Positions 55,606 through 64,000 of a stretch of DNA of 64,000 nt are shown here, one piece after another; the stretch's first letter is position 1; each line of letters begins with the position of its first letter. Below the pieces are notes generated by a model, which made no database searches, was not told the DNA's origin, and saw only the letters and a list, made by a program, of their open reading frames with translations. Location of the stretch: the IMG/VR virus record IMGVR_UViG_3300025889_000071; one strand, given 5' to 3'. The translations under genes were made by a program, and so were the position numbers. This stretch comes from a virus. Taxonomy: Duplodnaviria > Caudoviricetes.

Positions 55606-57027
55606 ATGCTAAATCCATTTTTTCTACAAGGGTCGCAAACAGAGCAAGGTCTGGTTCAAGATCTCATAAATGAGCAATTGAGAATGTATGGTGTAGAAGT
55701 ACATTATATTCCTAGAAAATATGCAACTGAAAAGACAATAATCCAAGAAGTCATTCAATCAAAATTTGATCAGGCTCATCCTATTGAGGCATATGTCAAT
55801 AATTATGAAGGGTATGGTGATAATACAACTATCCTTTCAAAGTTTGGTATACAAGCAACAAATGAAATTGAATTGATAATTTCTAAAGAAAGATATGAGC
55901 AATATATATCACCATTACTCAAAGATAGGTCTAACGTAAAACTAACTACTCGGCCAAAAGAAGGAGACTTAATTTATTTTCCACTAGGCGATAGGATTTT
56001 TGAAATTAAGTTTGTTGAGCACGAAAAACCATTCTATCAACTTAGAAAAAACTATGTTTATGTTCTGAAATGTGAACTATTCAGAATGGAACAAAATGAT
56101 ATCCTCGATACGGGTATTTCAGAAGTTGATGATGTTCTTACAGGAATCTCAACAAATTTAGACGATGGTTATGTCTCATTTGGTAGTGTACAAACTTTAA
56201 ATATGGTTGGTGCAGGAGTGACTGCAACTGCATCCATATCTCAAGTGTTAAATGGATCAATTCAATATATTACAGTCACTAATCGTGGTGGTGGGTATTC
56301 AAGTGCACCAACAGTTGCTATATCCTCTGCACCTTCTGGAGGAACTACTGGAATAGCAACGGCAGTGATGATTAGTGGTATTGTTGTATGTACAGACAAT
56401 ACTAATCCTAACGCAAAGTCTGTTCAATCAGTTAATTTAGTTAATCCTGGTAGTGGTTATACCACTGCACCTGGAATTAGATTCATTGGAGGTGGTGGAA
56501 GTGGTGCAGCTGCGACTTCTATGATATCTACAGGTTCTATTGGTCCAATTACAGTTTCGAATGCTGGATCTGGTTATACTGTTGCCCCACCTGTCACGTT
56601 TACAGGAATTTCCACAGTATCAGCCGCTGCCACTGCGGTGGTGAGTTCTGCAGGAACAATTACTGCAATTAATATTACAAATACTGGTACTGGATATACT
56701 GAAGCACCAACGGTCACCATAGGATCTCCATATTTGTCTGGAATTGGAACTTATATTTTCAATGAAGTTATTACAGGTTCTACTAGTGGAACAACAGCAA
56801 GAGTTAGATCTTGGAATGTAAATACTAGTGTTCTTGAAATTGCTTCTGCTAGTGGAGAATTTGTTTCCGGAGAAACTGTCGTTGGTGAAGATTCTGAAGC
56901 ATCTTATATGATAAGAACGATAACTGAATTTGAGGCATCAGATGGATTTAGTAGTAATGATGATATAGAGACAGAAGCTGATGCAATTATCGACTTTTCA
57001 GAGGGAAATCCTTTTGGTCAGGCATAA
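55606..57027 (+). CDS. g14: Neck protein gp14, extended by repeated Ig-like inserts
   Basis: MLNPFF...QDLINEQLRMYG, RPKEGDLIYFP and DFSEGNPFG. Confidence 0.93.
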   Translation: MLNPFFLQGSQTEQGLVQDLINEQLRMYGVEVHYIPRKYATEKTIIQEVIQSKFDQAHPIEAYVNNYEGYGDNTTILSKFGIQATNEIELIISKERYEQYISPLLKDRSNVKLTTRPKEGDLIYFPLGDRIFEIKFVEHEKPFYQLRKNYVYVLKCELFRMEQNDILDTGISEVDDVLTGISTNLDDGYVSFGSVQTLNMVGAGVTATASISQVLNGSIQYITVTNRGGGYSSAPTVAISSAPSGGTTGIATAVMISGIVVCTDNTNPNAKSVQSVNLVNPGSGYTTAPGIRFIGGGGSGAAATSMISTGSIGPITVSNAGSGYTVAPPVTFTGISTVSAAATAVVSSAGTITAINITNTGTGYTEAPTVTIGSPYLSGIGTYIFNEVITGSTSGTTARVRSWNVNTSVLEIASASGEFVSGETVVGEDSEASYMIRTITEFEASDGFSSNDDIETEADAIIDFSEGNPFGQA

Positions 57028-57029
57028 AG

Positions 57030-57037
57030 TATAAATA
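57030..57037 (+). promoter_or_regulatory. T4-type late promoter TATAAATA
   Basis: Exact consensus upstream of g15. Confidence 0.8.
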
Positions 57038-57044
57038 GAACTTA

Positions 57045-57061
57045 TTGGCCCTCTAAAGTGT
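57045..57061 (+). repeat. Degenerate 15th copy of the cassette repeat
   Basis: TTGGCCC TCT AAAGTGT; 15 nt identical to copies 4 and 9, with no -10-like tail. Confidence 0.6.
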
Positions 57062-57065
57062 AGAA

Positions 57066-58070
57066 ATGTTTGATTATTTTTATCACGAAATTTTTAGAAA
57101 AACAATCATTGCTTTTGGAACATTATTCAACAGCATAGAAATTAGGCAGACAAATTCTGCAGATTCTGTTGTTAATATAATGAAAGTGCCTCTTGCATAT
57201 GGGCCCACACAGAAGTTTTTAGCAAGACTTGAGCAATCTCCGGATTTAAATAAACCAACTCAAATGACACTACCAAGAATGTCATTTGAATTTACTGGTG
57301 TTACATATGATCCTTCTAGAAAAATTACCGCAACTCAACAATTTGTTGTAAAAAATCCAAATGATGGATCGGACGTTAAGAAATCGTTCATGCCTGTTCC
57401 ATATAATATGCAGTTTGAATTGAGTATTATGACAAAACTCAATGATGATGCTTTGCAAATAGTTGAGCAAATTCTTCCATATTTTCAACCAGCATATAAT
57501 CTATCAGTGACTCTCGTAGAATCTGGAATAAATGAGAAAAGGGATATTCCCATTGTTTTAGAAAATGTCACAATGCAAGATGATTATGAGGGCGATTATT
57601 CTACAAGAAGAGTTCTTCTTTACACATTGAGGTTTAGTGCAAAGACGTATCTTTTTGGACCTGTTTCTTCTGCATCCAAGGATATTATCAAGTCTTCAAC
57701 AATCAGTTATATTACTGGTACAGATACTACAAATACCACAAGAAATCTTTCTTACACGGCCGTCCCAAGAGCAATTAAGAATTATAGTGGTGATGTATTA
57801 ACCAATCTAACATCAGATATTGTAAAAACAGACACATCTATTGAAGTTGATGATGCAAGTTCTATTACAAATAAAACGTATCTTGATTTGGAAGGAGAGC
57901 AAATATTTGTCACTCGAATTGATGGCAATACTATGACAGTGGAAAGGGGTAAAGATGGCACTACTATTACAGATCATCTTCGTGGTGCTCCGATAAAACC
58001 AATTACAGCAACCGATAATGCACTTGTCGAATTTGGAGATGATTTTGGTTTTGATGGTACTATAAGTTAA
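57066..58070 (+). CDS. g15: Tail sheath stabiliser/tail terminator gp15
   Basis: YFYHEIFRK...FGTLFN, VPLAYGPTQKFLAR, LPRMSFE, PVPYN and EQILPYFQP. Confidence 0.95.
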   Translation: MFDYFYHEIFRKTIIAFGTLFNSIEIRQTNSADSVVNIMKVPLAYGPTQKFLARLEQSPDLNKPTQMTLPRMSFEFTGVTYDPSRKITATQQFVVKNPNDGSDVKKSFMPVPYNMQFELSIMTKLNDDALQIVEQILPYFQPAYNLSVTLVESGINEKRDIPIVLENVTMQDDYEGDYSTRRVLLYTLRFSAKTYLFGPVSSASKDIIKSSTISYITGTDTTNTTRNLSYTAVPRAIKNYSGDVLTNLTSDIVKTDTSIEVDDASSITNKTYLDLEGEQIFVTRIDGNTMTVERGKDGTTITDHLRGAPIKPITATDNALVEFGDDFGFDGTIS

Positions 58071-58083
58071 GTAATTAAAAAAT

Positions 58084-58512
58084 ATGACTAAAAAGTATGA
58101 AGATTTGAGCGATGCTTTTAATGTAGAAGCAGAAATAGTTCCTGAAAAAGAAAATGACATGAATGTACCTGTAATAACACCTGATGAAAAAAAGATTTCA
58201 AATGATGTTCAAAAAGATTATGAATATACGAGAGGAAATTTATATTCGATAATTGAAAAAGGTCAAGAAGCAATTAATGGTATTCTTGAGTTAGCTCAAG
58301 AAACGGAGCAACCAAGGGCATATGAAGTTGCTGGTCAATTAATTAAAAGTGTTTCAGATGCGACAGATAAATTAATGGAACTTCAGAAAAAACTAAAGGA
58401 TGTTGAGGAAGATAAAGGTTCAAAAGGTCCAACAAATGTTACTAATGCACTCTTTGTTGGTTCTACAGCAGAATTAGCTAAACTCTTGAAAAAACAAAAC
58501 GAAGATAAATAA
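58084..58512 (+). CDS. g16: Terminase small subunit gp16
   Basis: DYEYTRGNLYSIIEKGQEA...PRAYEVAGQLIK...TNALFVGSTAEL. Confidence 0.93.
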   Translation: MTKKYEDLSDAFNVEAEIVPEKENDMNVPVITPDEKKISNDVQKDYEYTRGNLYSIIEKGQEAINGILELAQETEQPRAYEVAGQLIKSVSDATDKLMELQKKLKDVEEDKGSKGPTNVTNALFVGSTAELAKLLKKQNEDK

Positions 58513-58531
58513 CTAAAAATACAAGTGTGTC

Positions 58532-58864
58532 ATGGCAGCAACATCGGTAAATTTAACAATAGATAAAGGAACCGACTTTGAGGCAACTTTTAATCTAACA
58601 AATAGTGATGAATCGATTGCAAATTTGGCAAGTTCTTCAATATCTGCAAAAATTAAAAAACATCCAACAGCATCTTCTTCAGTATCTTTTGCATCAACCA
58701 TAACTGAAGCAACGGGAAAAGTTATAATATCAATGGCATCCACAGTTACTTCAGAATTAAGTTCTGGAAGAAATTACTACGATGTTTTGTTGACTGATAG
58801 TGGAGGTTCTGTATCAAAAGTTATTCAAGGTATGGTTTTAGTTAATGATTCTGTATCATCATGA
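58532..58864 (+). CDS. Small beta-rich virion structural protein
   Basis: NLTIDKGTDF...GRNYYDVLL; late promoter GATAAATA at 58504-58511. Confidence 0.7.
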   Translation: MAATSVNLTIDKGTDFEATFNLTNSDESIANLASSSISAKIKKHPTASSSVSFASTITEATGKVIISMASTVTSELSSGRNYYDVLLTDSGGSVSKVIQGMVLVNDSVSS

Positions 58865-59190
58865 CAGAATACAACGTATCTTTAACAAGTTCAGAATATA
58901 GCATTTCTTTAGATACCCAGTCTTCTTTAACAGTATCTAGTGTTAGTATAGGAGCAACAGCTGTGCCTGCAAAATTTTCAGATCTTTCAGATTTTAATGG
59001 AGATTCAGTATCTGATAAGTACGTAATTATGTACAATTCGTCAACACAAACTTATGAGGCAGTCAATCCTGATGAAATATTTACAGCTGCTGTAAATGAA
59101 ACCTCATCTCCAGGAATATCTACTGTATTTTTAAATCAATTGGGAAGTGATTTAGATAATCAAATAGATGTTGATGCTGGGACTTTCTGA
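58861..59190 (+). CDS. Putative virion structural protein
   Basis: ATGA-coupled; KFSDLSDF...YVIMYNSST...DVDAGTF. Confidence 0.7.
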   Translation: MTEYNVSLTSSEYSISLDTQSSLTVSSVSIGATAVPAKFSDLSDFNGDSVSDKYVIMYNSSTQTYEAVNPDEIFTAAVNETSSPGISTVFLNQLGSDLDNQIDVDAGTF

Positions 59191-59257
59191 AAGATAAATA
59201 TTTTTAATGCCTGGTATATACTAGGTTTAAGGTAAATACCATCAATGAGGAAGTTGA

Positions 59258-62200
59258 ATGGCTGACCCAACGATAAGAATTAAAAGGTCTTCTGTCGCCG
59301 GAAAAATTCCGACAGGAGACCAATTATCTTTAGGAGAAATAGCCCTAAACACATATGATGGTAAGTTTTACGCTTCTAAAAATGTTGGTATTGGAACTAC
59401 AGTATTTGCAGTCAATACATGGTCTGCTGGAGTAGGGACTAATTATTATGATACTTATTTTACTGAAGGTAATGTTGGAATAGGAACGACAATACCAACA
59501 TCAAAACTTCATGTTGGTGGTGATATTTTAGTATCTGGGTTTTCGACAGTAAGTAATATTAAAATTGAAAATTCACTATATGATTCAAACAATAACGTAG
59601 GTTCATCTGGATCGGTATTAAGTTCCACAGGTTCCAATTTAATCTGGATATCTCAAGTTGCTGGAAATCAAGGTTTCCAAGGTGCACAAGGTAATCAAGG
59701 ATATCAAGGAAACACAGGATCTCAAGGTGCCGCAGGGTCTACAGGTGCACAGGGTTCACAAGGAACTTCAGGATCCCAAGGTAATCAAGGAAATCAGGGC
59801 GATACTGGAGTACAAGGTTCTACTGGAGCACAAGGTGCCACAGGTTCTCAAGGTGCTACTGGAGCTCAAGGTGCTACTGGTGCTCAAGGAGATGTTGGTG
59901 CACAGGGTAATCAAGGTAATCAAGGTAATCAAGGAACTTCAGGATCCCAAGGTAATCAAGGTAATCAAGGCGATACTGGTGCTCAAGGTGCACAAGGTGC
60001 CACAGGTGCTCAAGGAGACACTGGTGCTCAAGGTGCTCAAGGCGATACTGGAGCTCAAGGTAATGAAGGCGATACTGGAGCTCAAGGAGACACAGGTGCT
60101 CAAGGTAATCAAGGAGACACTGGTGCTCAAGGCAATCAAGGTAATCAAGGTAATCAAGGTGCTACAGGAACCCAAGGTAATCAAGGTAATCAAGGAGACA
60201 CTGGTGCTCAAGGCAATCAAGGCGATACGGGAGCTCAAGGTGCCACAGGTGCTCAAGGAAATCAGGGCAATGATGGAAATTTTGGTGGTGCTACCTTTGA
60301 TTATACATTTAGCACTACAACAACAGATTCTGATCCCGGTCAGGGAAATTTAAGATTTAACAATGCTACTTTATCATCAGCTACATTAATGTATATTGAT
60401 GATGAAGATGATAATGGAACTGACATACAATCATTTTTAAGAACTATTGATGATTCCACTTCTACAATTAAGGGACATGTTAGAGTATCTAATAAATTAG
60501 ACGCTAGTGATTTTGCACTGTTTACAATTAGTGGAACAAATGTAGAAGCAACTGGATATCATAAAGTAACTGTAACTTTTGTTTCTGGGAGTGCATCTTC
60601 ATTTAGTGATAGTGAAGATATAATAGTTACCTTTGCTAGAACTGGTAATATTGGTGACACTGGAGCTCAAGGTGCTCAAGGTAATCAAGGTGCTACAGGC
60701 ACTGGTGCTCAAGGAGACACTGGTGCTCAAGGTAATCAAGGACATCAAGGTCTTACTGGATCTGGAGCTCAAGGTGCTCAAGGAGATACAGGAGCTCAAG
60801 GTAATCAAGGCGATACGGGAGCTCAAGGTGCCACAGGTGCTCAAGGTAATCAAGGCGATACTGGAGCTCAAGGTAATCAAGGCGATACTGGAGCTCAAGG
60901 AGACACTGGTGCTCAAGGTAATCAAGGAGATACTGGAGCACAAGGTAATCAAGGCGATACGGGAGCTCAAGGTGCCACAGGTGCTCAAGGTGCTCAAGGA
61001 GATGTTGGTGCACAAGGTAATCAAGGACATCAAGGTGATACAGGAGCACAAGGTAATCAAGGAGATACTGGAGCACAAGGTGCCACAGGTGCTCAAGGAA
61101 ATCAAGGTAATCAAGGTAATCAAGGCAATCAAGGTAATCAAGGAAATACTGGCGATACTGGTGCTCAAGGTGCCACAGGAAATACTGGTGCTCAAGGTGC
61201 ACAAGGCAATCAAGGAAATCAGGGATATCAGGGAGATCAAGGTGATAAAGGAGGTCTTTTATATCTCTTTGATGGTGCAAGTCAGGCAAGTGACCCATCT
61301 AATGGAGATGTTAGATTTAACAATGCTACATTTGGTTCTGTAACAATAGTATATGTTGATGGACTAACATCAGATGCAGCAAATATAGAAACTTATGTTG
61401 ATACTTGGGGAGATTCTACCAATACCGTTAAAGGTCATTTAATTATAAAATCAAATACAAATTCGGATGTAACATATTGTATTTTTGAAGTTACTGGGGT
61501 TAGTGCACAAACTGGATGGACTAATATTAATGTCCAAAACCCAGTAGGGTCTGCACCATCAGATAATGAATCAATAGTTCTTGAATTTATTAGATCTGGT
61601 GATATAGGTGCTCAAGGTGCTCAAGGAGCACAGGGAAATCAAGGATATCAAGGTGATACTGGAGCTCAAGGTAATCAGGGCCATCAAGGAGACACAGGTG
61701 CTCAAGGCAATCAAGGTAATCAAGGAGACACTGGTGCTCAAGGTGCCACAGGTGCTCAAGGAGATGTTGGTGCACAAGGTAATCAAGGTAATCAGGGAGA
61801 TGTAGGTGCTCAAGGTGCACAAGGTGCCACAGGTGCTCAAGGAGATGTTGGTGCTCAAGGTAATCAAGGACATCAAGGACATCAAGGTGCCACAGGTGCT
61901 CAAGGAGACGTTGGTGCACAAGGTAATCAAGGCAATCAAGGTAATCAAGGTGCCACAGGTGCTCAAGGAGACACCGGAGCTCAAGGTAATCAAGGACATC
62001 AAGGAGACACTGGTGCTCAAGGTAATCAAGGACATCAAGGTGATACCGGAGCTCAAGGTAATCAAGGGCATCAAGGAGACACCGGAGCTCAAGGTAATCA
62101 AGGGCATCAAGGTGATACCGGAGCACAGGGAAATCAAGGATATCAAGGTGATACCGGAGCACAGGGAAATCAAGGATATCAAGGTGATACTGGAGCACAG

Positions 62201-64000
62201 GGTAATCAAGGACATCAAGGAGACACCGGAGCTCAAGGTAATCAAGGACATCAAGGTGATACTGGAGCACAGGGTAATCAAGGACATCAAGGAGACACCG
62301 GAGCTCAAGGTAATCAAGGTTATCAAGGCAATCAGGGCACTGAAGGTAATTTCGGTGGTGCCACATTCTATTACACCTTTGAAACAAATACTACAGATGC
62401 CAATCCTGGTGCTGGAGATTTAAGATTAGACAACTCTACGCAAAATGCTGCAACTGGTATCTATATCTGTGATACTGATGAGAGCGGTAATGATATATCA
62501 TCTTATCTACAAACTATTGATGACTCTACGAGCACTATCAAGGGCCATGTCAAAATTTCAAACAAAACAGACGCAAGTCAATTCATATTATTCACAATTT
62601 CCAGCCTGACTGACAACACTGGTTATTTTGATATTACAGTAAGTCCTGTTGACTCATCAGCAACCAATCCATTTAGTGATGGTGAAGACATTATCATTAC
62701 TTTTGCTAGAACTGGTGATAAAGGAGACACTGGAGCTCAAGGCAATCAAGGTTATCAAGGTAACACTGGAGCACAAGGAGACACTGGTGCTCAAGGTAAT
62801 CAAGGTAACACTGGAGCACAAGGAGACACTGGTGCTCAAGGTAATCAAGGTAATCAAGGTGATACTGGTGCTCAAGGTAATCAAGGTAATCAAGGACATC
62901 AAGGAGACACTGGTGCTCAAGGTAATCAAGGACATCAAGGTGATACCGGAGCTCAAGGTAATCAAGGTCATCAAGGAGACACCGGAGCTCAAGGTAATCA
63001 AGGGCATCAAGGAGACACTGGTGCTCAAGGTAATCAAGGACATCAAGGAGACACTGGTGCTCAAGGTAATCAAGGACATCAAGGACATCAAGGTGATACG
63101 GGTGCACAAGGAGATGTTGGTGCACAAGGTAATCAAGGACATCAAGGACATCAAGGTGATACGGGTGCACAAGGAGATGTTGGTGCACAAGGTAATCAAG
63201 GACATCAAGGACATCAAGGTGATACTGGTGCACAAGGTAATCAAGGACATCAAGGACATCAAGGTGATACCGGAGCACAGGGAAATCAAGGATATCAAGG
63301 TGATACTGGAGCACAGGGTAATCAAGGACATCAAGGTGATACCGGAGCACAGGGAAATCAAGGTTATCAAGGCGATGATGGTGCTCAAGGATTCCAAGGT
63401 GAAGCTGGAGGTGGAGGCGGCGGTGGTGGATTTGACACCGGAATCACAACCTCTGCTTATGCTTCTTCATCGGATGATATTGATGGATTCACTGCTATTG
63501 GTGTCACTTTCCCGGCAACTGCAAGTAAGAGATATGTCATTGAAAGTGTGCACATCACAAATGTGACAGCAAGTGATTTGTATGTGACCACTAGAATGGA
63601 TTATGATGGTGGACAGAATGTTCCAATCACGAATAAAATTATTGTTCCTTATCAAGGTGCACTAGAAGTTGTTGATCAACCACTGGTCGCAAATCCATCA
63701 GACAATCTTCGTTTTGCTTCTTATGCTGGTCTCGGAACTAATCCTGCAGGAGTTGCAAATGGTCTTGATTGTTGGATTACATATAAGCAAGATGATGCAA
63801 CGGATTATATTGGAATCGGTTCAAATATTACTGCAACCACAGATCAAACAGTCTTTACTTCTGTCACTAATCCATCAGTAATTAATACGATTGTGCTTGC
63901 AAATTATAGTGATACTGTAGATGTTGATGCATCTATTTCTATTTTCAGAGGTGGTTCTGTTCGTGTTGGATATCTGGCATATAATCTTACGATTCCTCAA
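59258..64000 (+). CDS. Collagen-like long fibre protein (3' partial; missing from the ORF track)
   Basis: GAGGA RBS and ATG at 59258 ([19 protein letters not shown]...[11 protein letters not shown]). The frame continues through about 295 Gly-X-Y triplets and is still open at 64000. Confidence 0.92.
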   Translation, partial: MADPTIRIKRSSVAGKIPTGDQLSLGEIALNTYDGKFYASKNVGIGTTVFAVNTWSAGVGTNYYDTYFTEGNVGIGTTIPTSKLHVGGDILVSGFSTVSNIKIENSLYDSNNNVGSSGSVLSSTGSNLIWISQVAGNQGFQGAQGNQGYQGNTGSQGAAGSTGAQGSQGTSGSQGNQGNQGDTGVQGSTGAQGATGSQGATGAQGATGAQGDVGAQGNQGNQGNQGTSGSQGNQGNQGDTGAQGAQGATGAQGDTGAQGAQGDTGAQGNEGDTGAQGDTGAQGNQGDTGAQGNQGNQGNQGATGTQGNQGNQGDTGAQGNQGDTGAQGATGAQGNQGNDGNFGGATFDYTFSTTTTDSDPGQGNLRFNNATLSSATLMYIDDEDDNGTDIQSFLRTIDDSTSTIKGHVRVSNKLDASDFALFTISGTNVEATGYHKVTVTFVSGSASSFSDSEDIIVTFARTGNIGDTGAQGAQGNQGATGTGAQGDTGAQGNQGHQGLTGSGAQGAQGDTGAQGNQGDTGAQGATGAQGNQGDTGAQGNQGDTGAQGDTGAQGNQGDTGAQGNQGDTGAQGATGAQGAQGDVGAQGNQGHQGDTGAQGNQGDTGAQGATGAQGNQGNQGNQGNQGNQGNTGDTGAQGATGNTGAQGAQGNQGNQGYQGDQGDKGGLLYLFDGASQASDPSNGDVRFNNATFGSVTIVYVDGLTSDAANIETYVDTWGDSTNTVKGHLIIKSNTNSDVTYCIFEVTGVSAQTGWTNINVQNPVGSAPSDNESIVLEFIRSGDIGAQGAQGAQGNQGYQGDTGAQGNQGHQGDTGAQGNQGNQGDTGAQGATGAQGDVGAQGNQGNQGDVGAQGAQGATGAQGDVGAQGNQGHQGHQGATGAQGDVGAQGNQGNQGNQGATGAQGDTGAQGNQGHQGDTGAQGNQGHQGDTGAQGNQGHQGDTGAQGNQGHQGDTGAQGNQGYQGDTGAQGNQGYQGDTGAQGNQGHQGDTGAQGNQGHQGDTGAQGNQGHQGDTGAQGNQGYQGNQGTEGNFGGATFYYTFETNTTDANPGAGDLRLDNSTQNAATGIYICDTDESGNDISSYLQTIDDSTSTIKGHVKISNKTDASQFILFTISSLTDNTGYFDITVSPVDSSATNPFSDGEDIIITFARTGDKGDTGAQGNQGYQGNTGAQGDTGAQGNQGNTGAQGDTGAQGNQGNQGDTGAQGNQGNQGHQGDTGAQGNQGHQGDTGAQGNQGHQGDTGAQGNQGHQGDTGAQGNQGHQGDTGAQGNQGHQGHQGDTGAQGDVGAQGNQGHQGHQGDTGAQGDVGAQGNQGHQGHQGDTGAQGNQGHQGHQGDTGAQGNQGYQGDTGAQGNQGHQGDTGAQGNQGYQGDDGAQGFQGEAGGGGGGGGFDTGITTSAYASSSDDIDGFTAIGVTFPATASKRYVIESVHITNVTASDLYVTTRMDYDGGQNVPITNKIIVPYQGALEVVDQPLVANPSDNLRFASYAGLGTNPAGVANGLDCWITYKQDDATDYIGIGSNITATTDQTVFTSVTNPSVINTIVLANYSDTVDVDASISIFRGGSVRVGYLAYNLTIPQ
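59663..63409 (+). repeat. Four collagen G-X-(Q/T) blocks separated by three homologous domains of about 120 aa
   Basis: Blocks at 59663-60280, 60644-61252, 61598-62350 and 62714-63409. Confidence 0.95.

Noticed and set aside
57200-57206. TGGGCCC inside g15
   Set aside because: It is not followed by N3-AAAGTGT and encodes the conserved YGP of gp15.
59658-63655. Long tracked ORFs on both strands in the collagen region (e.g. 59658-60353, 61590-62387, 62649-63566)
   Set aside because: These are frame-shifted or antisense readings of the G-X-Q repeats. The real gene is the frame starting at 59258, which the track omitted because it has no stop in the window.
1-64000. tRNA/rRNA genes, introns/inteins, integrase, stop-codon reassignment
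   Set aside because: I saw no cloverleaf or T-loop motifs, no interrupted core genes and no recombinase motifs; the long genes read normally in the standard code. A tRNAscan/Infernal run would be needed to exclude RNAs formally.

Overview
This window is part of a large AT-rich dsDNA phage genome, most likely a T4-like cyanomyovirus (Kyanoviridae-like). Almost all real genes are on the + strand, and there are four blocks. (1) 1-9.6 kb is a late fibre operon: two fibre genes built from Cys-rich 14-aa repeats (the first ends in a peptidase-S74 chaperone), a sulfotransferase, a GT9-like glycosyltransferase, a small fibre-associated protein and a terminator. (2) 9.7-26.7 kb is an accessory/early region of about 50 mostly small genes. 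It is divided by 14 co-oriented copies of a 28-bp element, TGGGCCC-N3-AAAGTGT-N5-(-10-like hexamer), which usually sits right after the upstream stop codon. Cargo includes a DUF262-like protein, an SF2 helicase, a ligase-fold protein, a putative restriction-modification pair, an HExxH peptidase, a capsid-targeted basic protein and an antisense GIY-YIG endonuclease. (3) 26.7-27 kb is a GC-rich unit between a consensus promoter and a terminator, followed by an AT-rich tract (candidate ncRNA or origin). (4) 27-64 kb is the virion module: g25, g6, g7 (4429 aa), g8, a VrlC-like protein (2702 aa), g13, g14, g15, g16, and a collagen-like fibre that runs off the window end. All family assignments come from motif recognition and T4-like synteny by eye. 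No database search was run. I saw no tRNA, rRNA, CRISPR array, integrase or reverse transcriptase.
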